Positions 18,756-28,161 of a DNA stretch of 60,962 nucleotides are shown piece after piece. The number at the start of each line of letters is the position of its first letter. The stretch's first letter is position 1. The notes below the pieces were generated by a model. The model was not told where the DNA came from. It saw nothing but the letters and a program-made list of their open reading frames with translations, and did not search any database. The stretch is from NCBI GenBank assembly GCA_938091905.1, contig CALKOM010000040.1:1-60962 (forward strand). Direction: 5' to 3'. Origin of the DNA: an uncultured Verrucomicrobiales bacterium. Its GTDB lineage: Bacteria; Verrucomicrobiota; Verrucomicrobiia; Verrucomicrobiales; DEV007. The translations under genes were made by a program, and so were the position numbers.

Positions 18756-20516
18756 TTATTGATAAAAATCTCCATAACGCTGTTTGGCCAATGTTCGGCA
18801 GCGTTCAGTGATCTCTTCTACGGTCTGCATTTTCATGAGCTCTGTGACTAGATCCTCACATTCAGCACTGTTCAGGTGCCGGAGTGCATGTTTTACCCGA
18901 AGGATTTGGCTGGGGCCGACACTTAATTCGTCAACTCCAAGACCTATCATGACTGGTGCGAAAAGAGGATCACCAGCCATTTCACCACACACCCCGACCC
19001 AGATATTGTGAGTATGTGCGGCTTTCACGACCATTTCGATCAGGCGAAGAATGGAGGGATGTGCGGGTTGGTAGAGGTGGGCGACGCGTTCGTTTATACG
19101 ATCGACGGCGATAGTGTATTGAATAAGATCGTTTGTTCCAATACTGAAGAAATCGACCTCAGGGGCTAACTGATGAGCCATGACTGCTGCGCTTGGCAAT
19201 TCAATCATGCAGCCAACTTCGAGATTCTCATCAAACGGCAAGCCTTCCTTTCTCAGCTCTTCCTTACATTCTTGCAAGAGGGCATTGGATTGCCGCAGCT
19301 CCTCTATTCCAGATATCATCGGATACATGATTCGCACCTTCCCCCGCCTGCTCGCTCGGAGACAGGCCCTCAGCTGAATCTTGAAGGCATCTGTTTCGGC
19401 AAGGCTCACACGAATGCCTCGCCAACCTAAAAACGGGTTGGGTTCCGCTTGGCGGTCGTCGGCGTAGAACTTATCGGCGCCAACGTCTAGAGTCCGGATG
19501 ATAACGCCATCGGGATCGACGCTTTCGGCCACGTCACCATAAGCCTTGGCTTGCTGGTCTTCGTCAGGATGCCTGTCTCGCTCAAAGTAAAAGAACTCAG
19601 TTCGATACAGTCCAATGCCTTTCGCGCCACGCCGTTTGACGGCGTCGACTTCGTGGCCGAATTCGATATTGCCTGACAGAATGATCGATTTGCCATCGGC
19701 GGTTTGGGCCGGCTCTCCACGTAGTTCGTCCAGTCGATCGTTGAGTGCTGCCTGTTGCTCAGACAGTCGCTCATATTTCCTCCGAGTTTCCTCAGTGGGG
19801 TTGACAACGAGCACTCCATTGAAGCCATCCAAGATCACTTCTTGTCCCGCTCGAAGTTTGCCTTTGGGAACCTCTAAGCCTACGACTCCGGGAATCCCCA
19901 GAGAGCGTGCCATGATGGCTGTATGTGATGTGAAACTCCCTAACCGTGTTGCAAATCCTAACAGGCGCGATCTGTCTAGCCCGACAGTGTCCGACGGGGC
20001 GAGGTCCTGGGCAAAGATAACGTGTGGCGTTTCATTGCTAGCAGAGGCGCTATCGTCATCCGATAAATTTGCTAGAAGCCGACCGGCAACGTCTTCGATA
20101 TCGATTGCACGCTCTCGTAAATACGGGTCGTCAATGCTCTTGAGCGAGTCGATGTAGCGCAGGATGACATTGTAATAGACCGAATCTACATTTGCATGCT
20201 CTTGACGAAGTTGCTTAAGGACTTCGTCGATAACGGTCTGATCTTCGAGCACTAACAGGTGAGCATCGAAGATATGGGCTTCGCTGTGATCACCACCTCG
20301 GTCGAGGAGCTGTTTTTTGAGTGCCTGGATCGTTGTGCGCGTCTTGAAGATGGCCTCTTGAAAGCGGGCTTCCTCAGATTCCAGCTGTTCAGGTTGTATG
20401 GCCCACCTCCGGGGCTCCTCGAAATGACGGTCTTTAAACTGGATCTCGCCGGTGGAAATGCCTCGAGAGACAGCCAGACCTCGAAAGCGGCATTCTTCAG
20501 CTGGATTGGCTGTCAT
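18756..20516 (-). CDS. ptsI: PTS enzyme I (PEP-protein phosphotransferase)
   Basis: GSFTSHTAIMARSLGIP, GIGLYRTEF, EPNPFLGWRGIR, FFSIGTNDL and CGEMAG. Start taken at ATG 20516. Confidence 0.96.
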   Translation of the reverse strand: MTANPAEECRFRGLAVSRGISTGEIQFKDRHFEEPRRWAIQPEQLESEEARFQEAIFKTRTTIQALKKQLLDRGGDHSEAHIFDAHLLVLEDQTVIDEVLKQLRQEHANVDSVYYNVILRYIDSLKSIDDPYLRERAIDIEDVAGRLLANLSDDDSASASNETPHVIFAQDLAPSDTVGLDRSRLLGFATRLGSFTSHTAIMARSLGIPGVVGLEVPKGKLRAGQEVILDGFNGVLVVNPTEETRRKYERLSEQQAALNDRLDELRGEPAQTADGKSIILSGNIEFGHEVDAVKRRGAKGIGLYRTEFFYFERDRHPDEDQQAKAYGDVAESVDPDGVIIRTLDVGADKFYADDRQAEPNPFLGWRGIRVSLAETDAFKIQLRACLRASRRGKVRIMYPMISGIEELRQSNALLQECKEELRKEGLPFDENLEVGCMIELPSAAVMAHQLAPEVDFFSIGTNDLIQYTIAVDRINERVAHLYQPAHPSILRLIEMVVKAAHTHNIWVGVCGEMAGDPLFAPVMIGLGVDELSVGPSQILRVKHALRHLNSAECEDLVTELMKMQTVEEITERCRTLAKQRYGDFYQ

Positions 20517-20556
20517 GATTGGGGGAAGAGAGCACCGCGAGCGACGGCGGTGGTGG

Positions 20557-20823
20557 TTACTCTTCGTCAAATCCCCCCGTAACCAGGGTTTCCAAGGCAT
20601 TGATTGCCTCCGATTCATCATCGCCCTCAGCCATGACCAAGATCCGAGAGCCCTCACCGGCAGCAAGCATCATCAGTCCCATGATGCTTTTTCCATTGAT
20701 TCGCTCATCATCTTTCTCCACCCAGATGTCCGCTTTGAAGGAATTGGCAGCCTTAACAAACTGTGCCGCTGGGCGAGCATGTAAGCCGTGCTTGTTATTG
20801 ATGGTCAATTCCTTCTGAATCAT
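20557..20823 (-). CDS. ptsH: Phosphocarrier HPr
   Basis: GLHARPAA (His15) and NGKSIMGLM (Ser46). Start taken at ATG 20823. Confidence 0.96.
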   Translation of the reverse strand: MIQKELTINNKHGLHARPAAQFVKAANSFKADIWVEKDDERINGKSIMGLMMLAAGEGSRILVMAEGDDESEAINALETLVTGGFDEE

Positions 20824-20974
20824 AGCGTCCTCCAGTTGCTGTCCGTCAATAGCGTCTCTACCGGTCGGGCGCGCACCATACATCGTATTGGGTTTCAAGC
20901 TAAGACAAATTCTAGACTTCGAGATTCCGAGGTGAAAAAGGCGAAACTGGATCGGAAATGGGGTCTAAAGTGCT

Positions 20975-22180
20975 ATGCTTGCCGCTTTCATGAGGATTTC
21001 TCTCGGATTACAGCTGACCATAGGCCTCGTCCTAGGCCTTTACTCCGCTTCAGGTGAAGACGGTGGCTTTGACAAGGCGACCATGGGAAAGCAAATCTTC
21101 CTCGATACGGGGCTCTCATACCCGCCAGGACTTGCCTGCCTCTCGTGCCATCGTCCCGAGGCGGCTTTTGCCGATCCTCGCCCGGTATCGTCTGGTGCCG
21201 CTGAAGGGCGAAAGGGTATTCGGAATGCTCCTTCTCTTATGTATGCGGCGCTGATTCCGGGAATCGCGTTTGAAGACATTTTTTTAGGCGACGGCACCGA
21301 GCTCTACGCTTGGGAAGGTGGCTTGTTTTATGATGGCAGTGCCCAAGATCAGTTTGAGCAGGTGCAGCGACCGTTCTTTGACGAGAATGAGATGAATTTG
21401 CCGGATGAGGCGTCGTTCGCCTCTCGTCTGCGTGCTGCGGCATATGCTGACGATGTTCGTGGGCTGGTCGGTGACCAGGTTTGGAAGGACGACTCTCGGT
21501 TGAGCTACCAGGCTTACCGCGCTTTGGTCGAGTTTCTGAAGCAGCCTTTCTTCCGACCTTTCGACGCACGCATTGACGACTATCTGGAAGGAAATGTGCA
21601 TGCTCTAACGGAAGCTGAGAAACGTGGGCTTACGGTCTTCAAGGAAGATGGCAAATGCGCTGATTGCCACTTTCTCGTCGCGAACTCTTGGGAGAAGCCG
21701 TTGCTCAGTGACTACGGCTATGACAACCTTGGCGTGCCATCTCGAGGAGCGAAGGATCCCGGTCTTGGTGGTCGGACAAACAACGCGGATGAGCTAGGCC
21801 AGTTCCGCGCTCCGTCGTTGAGGAACGTCTCGCTCACGGCACCCTACATGCACAATGGGTCCATTGAGACTCTTCAAGACGTCATGGAATTCTACAACAA
21901 GCGTGATGTCGAACCTGAAAGATGGGGGCCGACGGACTATCCGGCGACGGTAAACCACGACGACATGGGTGACTTGAAACTAACAGAGCAACAAGTTTCT
22001 GATTTGGTGGTCCTCATGGAGGCCTTCACGGATCGGAGTCTTCTCGATATGAAACAGGGTGAAGTGTTTCCAAAGGTGCCGGACGGTGTGCCGAGTACTG
22101 AGGAGAAGCGTCTTTACTTTCCTGACTGGACTCATCGATTGCATCCGACCTTTCACTCGGATTCTCTCAAGGTCGATTGA
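20975..22180 (+). CDS. Di-heme cytochrome c peroxidase/MauG family protein
   Basis: Signal peptide, CLSCH and CADCH heme motifs, RNAPSL, and FRAPSLRNVSLTAPYMHNG. Confidence 0.92.
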   Translation: MLAAFMRISLGLQLTIGLVLGLYSASGEDGGFDKATMGKQIFLDTGLSYPPGLACLSCHRPEAAFADPRPVSSGAAEGRKGIRNAPSLMYAALIPGIAFEDIFLGDGTELYAWEGGLFYDGSAQDQFEQVQRPFFDENEMNLPDEASFASRLRAAAYADDVRGLVGDQVWKDDSRLSYQAYRALVEFLKQPFFRPFDARIDDYLEGNVHALTEAEKRGLTVFKEDGKCADCHFLVANSWEKPLLSDYGYDNLGVPSRGAKDPGLGGRTNNADELGQFRAPSLRNVSLTAPYMHNGSIETLQDVMEFYNKRDVEPERWGPTDYPATVNHDDMGDLKLTEQQVSDLVVLMEAFTDRSLLDMKQGEVFPKVPDGVPSTEEKRLYFPDWTHRLHPTFHSDSLKVD

Positions 22181-22239
22181 CTGGTGGGAACCCTCTTGAA
22201 TTCCTCGCTGTTGTGCCGATAGATCGGGCAACGCCTATC

Positions 22240-23115
22240 ATGGACGAACACATTCAGAAAGCCGGGGTCCTCATTGAGGCCCTCCCTTACCTCCAGCGGT
22301 TCCGTGGAGAGACGTTTCTTGTCAAACTGGGAGGCAGTGCGATGGATGATCCCCAGTTGGTCAATAAACTGCTCCGAGATGTGGTCTTCCTCGAGGTCGT
22401 GGGGATCAATCCGGTGATCGTGCACGGTGGCGGCAAAGCGATCTCAGCGGCCATGGCAGAGTCAGGCTTGAAAGCGCGGTTCGTTGGCGGTCTTCGTGTT
22501 ACCGATGCGGAATCCATCGCGATTGTGGAGCAAACGTTGAGTAACGTGATCAATCCTCGATTGGTGGAGGGGCTAACAGCGTCAGGGGGGCAAGCGGTTG
22601 GCATTCCTGGAAACCAGATTTTTATCGGCGAGCGCTTTCAAGGAACAAATCCAGAGACTGGTGCACCAGCAGATCTCGGGTTCGTCGGCCAGGTGACGGA
22701 CTTCAATAGCCAACCCATCGAGGAAGCGATCTATTATGAGAAAGTGCCAGTCGTCTCACCTATTGCGCTTGATAAGGACACGAACGAAACACTAAACGTC
22801 AATGCGGACTTGGCGGCTAGTGCGCTCGGGGCTCGTTTGAAAGCAGCAAAGATCGTTTATCTCAGTGACGTGCGCGGCGTGATGAGGGATCCCCAAGACG
22901 AAGAGACGCTCATTCCGAGTCTCAATCGCCAGACGGTGGAAGAGCACATCGATCAGGGAATCATCTCTGGCGGGATGATTCCTAAATGCCGTTCTGCGTT
23001 GGAGGCTTTAGATGCAGGTGTAGGGAAGGTTCACATGATTGATGGCCGAATCCCTCACTCGCTTCTACTGGAGATCTTTACCAAGAGCGGCGTTGGCACC
23101 GAGATTGTTGCCTAG
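22240..23115 (+). CDS. argB: Acetylglutamate kinase
   Basis: LIEALPY, KLGGSAM, VHGGGK, LNVNAD and GGMIPK. Start at ATG 22240. Confidence 0.96.
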   Translation: MDEHIQKAGVLIEALPYLQRFRGETFLVKLGGSAMDDPQLVNKLLRDVVFLEVVGINPVIVHGGGKAISAAMAESGLKARFVGGLRVTDAESIAIVEQTLSNVINPRLVEGLTASGGQAVGIPGNQIFIGERFQGTNPETGAPADLGFVGQVTDFNSQPIEEAIYYEKVPVVSPIALDKDTNETLNVNADLAASALGARLKAAKIVYLSDVRGVMRDPQDEETLIPSLNRQTVEEHIDQGIISGGMIPKCRSALEALDAGVGKVHMIDGRIPHSLLLEIFTKSGVGTEIVA

Positions 23116-23607
23116 CATGCGATCGTAGCGGCGGACCTCAAAGTCATCGAAGGTCTCTAGCGTTTCGGCGAATTGAAACGTATCCTCAAACGGTGGCATG
23201 AAGGTGTCCCCCTGATGCGTCTCTTTGATAAATGTCAGTATAAGGGACTCGCAAAGAGATAGGTAGGCTTCAAACACCCGGGCGCCACCGATCAGGTAAG
23301 CATCTCCCGTCACGCCAAGCGTGATCAACTCATCGAGACCACGAATGATCTCGAACCCTTCACGCTCTTCCAAGGTACTACTGATGACAATGTTGCGCCG
23401 TTTGGGTAGGGGGCGTTGCCTGGGCAGAGATTCGAAAGTGGCACGGCCCATGACGATGGGGCGATTGAGCGTCCGGGCTTTGAACAGCCTTAGGTCTTCA
23501 GGCAAGTGCCAGGGAAGATCACCATCCCGTCCGATGACACGGTTCGGCGCCATGGCAACAATCGCGTGCAGGAGGATCCCCGCGTTGACGAGATCGTTGT
23601 GGGTCAT
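23065..23607 (-). CDS. folA: Dihydrofolate reductase
   Basis: IGRDGDLPWHLPEDL, MGRATFESL, PLPKRRNIV, IGG and GDTF. Confidence 0.95.
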   Translation of the reverse strand: MTHNDLVNAGILLHAIVAMAPNRVIGRDGDLPWHLPEDLRLFKARTLNRPIVMGRATFESLPRQRPLPKRRNIVISSTLEEREGFEIIRGLDELITLGVTGDAYLIGGARVFEAYLSLCESLILTFIKETHQGDTFMPPFEDTFQFAETLETFDDFEVRRYDRMLGNNLGANAALGKDLQ

Positions 23608-24461
23608 CTCGCTGGAACGGGCACCATGAGTGCTCTTGTGAGAATCATGTCTACCTGTCGTCCCAAGGTCTTCATCTGGTCCGCTGTGTAAGCGTTGTTT
23701 GCGCCTTTAGGATCCATTTCCTTTCTCAGGTTTTTAAGATCCTTCTGGAGATCGGCCAACTTGCCTTTGGAAAGAAGATCGGGCTCGAAGTACTCCAATT
23801 CTGAGATGAAGTAGTCGATCACGTCGATCCGTATAATCCTGGCTGCTTTCTCGGCGTCGAAATTGCGATTCAAGGCGACACAGGCAATCTGGGAGGCGCG
23901 TAACCAGCCGCCGAGACTAATCAGGTGAGCGATTCGAACGTCTCTTAGGAGAATCAGCTCGGCTTGAACGTCTCCTTGAGTTGACGCGAGTTCCTTCTTC
24001 AGCTCAACCCATTCCCCGGAAAGACTGTGCTCCACGAGACTCTTGGTGTGCCGATTCATGCGTTTGTCCGCCCCCAAGGCCTCTGCATGGGCTTTGAGGG
24101 TTTCTCCGATCGGTTTTAGGGCACCTCGCTGCTCGCACTGTACTGTTAGGAGTCCATCCGCGATGATCATTCCCAGGCTGAGGGCGGCGATCGAGCGCTG
24201 TTTAGGCGCATTCTCCGGCAGTATCCTACTTAGCTCGTCGTAAGGAAGATCTCCTAGCGATTCGAGATCCTTGAAGATTCGTTCGATGGAAGGAGCGGTT
24301 ATCTCATTCACGCCGAACTCCTCGCGCACGTGTTCGTCGAAGAGCAGGTCTTCTGGGATGGGAGCGCGCTCCTGGGCCCAGGAAAATCCCACTCCGACGA
24401 AGAAGGCCATGAGAGCACTGCCTATTGAAGAGGCGCGCGACTGTGATCGAGAGGGTAACAT
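23604..24461 (-). CDS. Hypothetical exported helical protein
   Basis: 285-aa ORF with a signal-like N-terminus, overlapping the folA start by 4 nt. Confidence 0.8.
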   Translation of the reverse strand: MLPSRSQSRASSIGSALMAFFVGVGFSWAQERAPIPEDLLFDEHVREEFGVNEITAPSIERIFKDLESLGDLPYDELSRILPENAPKQRSIAALSLGMIIADGLLTVQCEQRGALKPIGETLKAHAEALGADKRMNRHTKSLVEHSLSGEWVELKKELASTQGDVQAELILLRDVRIAHLISLGGWLRASQIACVALNRNFDAEKAARIIRIDVIDYFISELEYFEPDLLSKGKLADLQKDLKNLRKEMDPKGANNAYTADQMKTLGRQVDMILTRALMVPVPAR

Positions 24462-24684
24462 TTTTCCTGGGAGAGCTTAGAACAGTGCTGGACAAAGCAA
24501 ATCTAATTTTTAGCGGGCTACGGTGTTCTATTATCATTCACAAAGATTTCTCCATAAATGGCTTCCGGTTTGGGCTTCTTGCCGTTATGTCCCTGTTCGG
24601 GACTAGTCTCTTGACGGTAGGGTGCAATCACGCACCTTCGGTGCCCTCAAGGGATGGAAAGTGAGACGCTTTCTCCCGCCTCAA

Positions 24685-26196
24685 ATGCACATGGAGTGGC
24701 CGCAGATTATTTGGATCGTTTGTTATGCCGTGGCTGTCCTCGGCCTATCAGGTTACGGGATGCATCGTTTCATGACGATTTTCCTTTATTGGAAGCATCG
24801 TAAGGATGTCCCGAAACCACTGAAGCGCTTTGACGAACTTCCTAAGATCACGGTTCAGTTGCCGATCTTTAACGAAGCTTATGTAGTTCAGCGATTGATA
24901 CGTTCGGTCGGTGAGATTGATTATCCCAAGGACAAGCTTCAGATTCAAATTCTGGATGACTCGACCGATGACACGACCACCCTGTGTGAAGGGGAAGCTG
25001 AGTTGCTAAGGGCTCAGGGGTGGGATGCGAAAGTGCACCATCGGACTGACCGGACTGGCTTTAAAGCTGGAGCTTTGGAGCAGGGAATGAAGACTGCCGA
25101 AGGAGATCTCGTTTTCATCCTGGATGCTGATTTCGTGCCTCCCAAAGACATTCTACACGAGATTGTTCACTTCTTCACGGATCCCAAGCTGGGAATGGTG
25201 CAGACCCGCTGGGGGCACATTAACAAGAGTTACTCGCTCCTAACGAAGATTCAGGCCATGTTTCTGGATGGTCATCTGATCCTCGAACAGACGGCGCGCA
25301 GTCGAAGCGGTCGGTTCTTTCAGTTCAACGGGACTGGTGGTATCTGGCGTCGCGAATGCATCGAGGATGCTGGTGGGTGGCAGCACGACACGCTCACAGA
25401 GGATCTCGATTTAAGTTACCGGGCTCAACTGAAAGGGTGGGGCTTCGTATTTCTTAAAGATGTGGTCACTCCAGCTGAACTGCCGGTGGACATGGACGGA
25501 TTCAAGTCCCAGCAGCACCGCTGGACAAAGGGCTCGATTCAGTGCTGCAAGAAGATGCTTTTCCGTGTCTGGAAGAGCAAGGAATCACTGCCGATCAAGC
25601 TTGAGGCGACCATGCATCTGACTTCCAACTTTGCCTACCTCTTGCTCGGCTTGCTTATCTTCCTGCTCTACCCAAGTGATGCTCGCCCGGAGTTTCAGGG
25701 CATTTGGGCGCTGATGATCAATGTGCCGATCTTCGTGGCAGCGTCTCTCTCGGTATCGATCTTCTACGCTTCGGCGCAGCGGGTGCTCCATCCGAAGCGC
25801 TGGCTGAAGGAACTGATCTACTTGCCGCTCCTGCTTGCTCTCGGTATCGGGATGTCGATTAACAACGGAAAAGCAGTCATCGAAGCGATCTTTAACAAAA
25901 AGTCTCCATTCGTGAGGACACCCAAATATGGGATCGATCGGAAAAAGGTCACCTGGCAGAATCTCCGGTATACCGCCCTAAAATCGGTGGCCCCTGTCTT
26001 CGAGATACTCTTTGCGGTGTATTTCACCGTCTTAATCGGGATATCGATCGCCAAGGGCTACTGGCTCTCCATTCCGTTCTTGCTGCTATTTCAGGTGGGA
26101 TTCTTCTACGTGGCCTGGGGATCGATTTCGCAATACCTTCCTACTAAGTGGTTTGCATCTTCTGATGATAAAGATGAGAAGCAGGCTGCAGTTTGA
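24685..26196 (+). CDS. Membrane GT2 glycosyltransferase (cellulose synthase/CslA-like)
   Basis: DDSTD, GFKAGAL, DADF, TEDLDLS and QQHRW (QxxRW). N- and C-terminal TMs. Start taken at ATG 24685. Confidence 0.92.
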   Translation: MHMEWPQIIWIVCYAVAVLGLSGYGMHRFMTIFLYWKHRKDVPKPLKRFDELPKITVQLPIFNEAYVVQRLIRSVGEIDYPKDKLQIQILDDSTDDTTTLCEGEAELLRAQGWDAKVHHRTDRTGFKAGALEQGMKTAEGDLVFILDADFVPPKDILHEIVHFFTDPKLGMVQTRWGHINKSYSLLTKIQAMFLDGHLILEQTARSRSGRFFQFNGTGGIWRRECIEDAGGWQHDTLTEDLDLSYRAQLKGWGFVFLKDVVTPAELPVDMDGFKSQQHRWTKGSIQCCKKMLFRVWKSKESLPIKLEATMHLTSNFAYLLLGLLIFLLYPSDARPEFQGIWALMINVPIFVAASLSVSIFYASAQRVLHPKRWLKELIYLPLLLALGIGMSINNGKAVIEAIFNKKSPFVRTPKYGIDRKKVTWQNLRYTALKSVAPVFEILFAVYFTVLIGISIAKGYWLSIPFLLLFQVGFFYVAWGSISQYLPTKWFASSDDKDEKQAAV

Positions 26197-26258
26197 CTGG
26201 CACTTATAATAATTGCTGATAGCTTCGCAGGGTTATTTGATAGTTGTATTCCCCGCCT

Positions 26259-26891
26259 ATGACTCGTTCTGCTGCGCTCATCCTCCTTCCGATGCTTCTG
26301 CTTGCCAGTTGCGCTACAAACTCCACCAGGCATGTGATGCTCGTGAGTGTTCGGGACCAGAAGATGGGCGTTTATCAAGAGGGACGTCGTGTGGCCACCT
26401 ATCCGATTTCGACTTCTAAGTTTGGCTTGGGTGACAAGCCTGGCTCCAATCGGACTCCGATTGGTAAGATGGAGGTCGCTCGTAAGATTGGATGTGGGCA
26501 GCCTCTAGGCATGGTGTTTAAAGGTCGCCGCCCTACCGGTGAGATTCTTAGCCCGAATGCTCCAGGCCGCGATCCCATTGTAACTCGAATTCTTTGGCTG
26601 CGAGGCAATGAGGCGAAGACGAAGAACGCGTATCGCCGATTTATCTACATCCATGGAACACCCGAAGAGCGCAAGATTGGGCGTCCAGCTAGCTACGGTT
26701 GCATTCGCATGCGTTCTCATGATGTGGCTCGGCTTTACCGTCAGGTTGGCGTTGGGACAAAAGTCGAGGTGACGATGGGCCCTCTTCCTGCTCCTCAGGT
26801 TGCTCAGCAAATGAAGCGGGCGGCCAGTGCAGTTGGCGGTGCCGTCTACAATGTGGCAACGCTTGGCGGCGGCATTAGAAACAAATCCTAA
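26259..26891 (+). CDS. L,D-transpeptidase (YkuD) lipoprotein
   Basis: Lipobox LASC and IYIHGT...ASYGCIRM. Confidence 0.92.
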   Translation: MTRSAALILLPMLLLASCATNSTRHVMLVSVRDQKMGVYQEGRRVATYPISTSKFGLGDKPGSNRTPIGKMEVARKIGCGQPLGMVFKGRRPTGEILSPNAPGRDPIVTRILWLRGNEAKTKNAYRRFIYIHGTPEERKIGRPASYGCIRMRSHDVARLYRQVGVGTKVEVTMGPLPAPQVAQQMKRAASAVGGAVYNVATLGGGIRNKS

Positions 26892-26893
26892 TG

Positions 26894-26921
26894 TTGACAA
26901 CTGCTTGGGGGCTTCTAGCTT
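26894..26921 (+). promoter_or_regulatory. Candidate sigma70 promoter for rpsT
   Basis: TTGACA-N16-TAGCTT, 42 nt upstream of rpsT. Confidence 0.55.
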
Positions 26922-26963
26922 CGACGTCCATTCCCTAGACCACTTTCTTTATCGTACTGATCC

Positions 26964-27230
26964 ATGGCCAATACTCAATCTGCCCTCAAGCGCGTTCGTC
27001 AGACCAAGACACGCACCGAACAGAACCGCGTGCTTAAGTCGCGTATTAAGTCTAGTCGTAAGGCGGCGGATGCAGCGTTGGCTGATGGCGATGCTGCAAA
27101 AGTTGCTGAAGCGGTGAGAGCGCTTGTTTCTGCAACTGATCGAGCCGTCAAGCGAGGTGCTGTGCATGCAAACTATTCCAGCCGCATGAAGTCGCGTTAC
27201 GCTTCGAAAGTAGCGGCCGCTTCAGCTTAA
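26964..27230 (+). CDS. rpsT: 30S ribosomal protein S20
   Basis: MANTQSALKRVRQ...NRVLKS...KRGAVHAN..SRMKSR. Confidence 0.97.
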   Translation: MANTQSALKRVRQTKTRTEQNRVLKSRIKSSRKAADAALADGDAAKVAEAVRALVSATDRAVKRGAVHANYSSRMKSRYASKVAAASA

Positions 27231-27308
27231 GCTCGTTGATGCTGACGTCTGGCGGCGCATAAATTCGTTGCGCCCGGATGCCGTTCCATACTACGGAGGG
27301 GCATCTAT

Positions 27309-28142
27309 ATGAAACAGGCAAGACTTCACCGACTCTTTGGACCTGACGGCAAGTGCTTCGATGTTGCCATCGATCACGGTTTTTTTAATGAAGCGCCCTT
27401 TCTAAGTGGGATTGAGTCCATGGCAGACGCCGTGGGGACCGTGGTCGAAGCGGCACCGGATGCAGTCCAGTTGACGGTTGGGCAAGCGCGCCACTTACAG
27501 AGTATCCCCGGGAAGACGAAGCCCTCTCTTGTTCTGCGAACAGACGTGGCGAATGTCTATGGCAAAGAACTGCCTCGAACGCTCTACAGCCGTGTCATTA
27601 AGGATGCCGCCCTGCAAGCAGTTCAGCTAGATGCTGCTTGTGTTTGTGTGAACCTCTTTGCTGTGCCTGGCGAGCCTGAGGTCGGTGAACAGTGTGTGTC
27701 CAATATTCTCGAAATGAAGCCAACGTGCGACCACTACGGCATGCCAATGATGGTGGAACCGCTCGTCTTTCGACCCAATGCAGAAGCAGGTGGTTACATG
27801 GTGGATGGGCATCCAGACAAGATCATTCCTCTTGTGCGCCAGGCGATCGAGTTGGGCGCAGATATCATCAAAGCAGACCCGACCGATGACATTTCTCAAT
27901 ACCATCGTGTGGTCGAAACCTGCGGTGGTACTCCCATTCTCGTGCGTGGCGGGAGTAAGGCGACTGATGAAGTGATTCTGGATCGGACTGAGGCGCTCAT
28001 GGGGCAAGGTGTTGCGGGCATCGTCTATGGACGCAACGTCATCCAACACGAGAGTCCTGCTGGCATTACCAAAGCCCTCATGGCGATCGTGCACGAAGGG
28101 GCGACGGCGAAGGATGCTATTGCCGCGCTACAGGCGCTCTAA
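27309..28142 (+). CDS. Class I (DhnA/FbaB/LsrF-type) aldolase
   Basis: VAIDHG, ELGADIIKA (Schiff-base Lys), VRGG and GIVYGRNV. Confidence 0.9.
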   Translation: MKQARLHRLFGPDGKCFDVAIDHGFFNEAPFLSGIESMADAVGTVVEAAPDAVQLTVGQARHLQSIPGKTKPSLVLRTDVANVYGKELPRTLYSRVIKDAALQAVQLDAACVCVNLFAVPGEPEVGEQCVSNILEMKPTCDHYGMPMMVEPLVFRPNAEAGGYMVDGHPDKIIPLVRQAIELGADIIKADPTDDISQYHRVVETCGGTPILVRGGSKATDEVILDRTEALMGQGVAGIVYGRNVIQHESPAGITKALMAIVHEGATAKDAIAALQAL

Positions 28143-28161
28143 CATTTCGAGTCTATCAATC

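Noticed and set aside
24685..26196. Cellulose synthase (bcs) operon
   Set aside because: This is a lone GT2 with no PilZ domain and no bcsB/C/Z neighbours.
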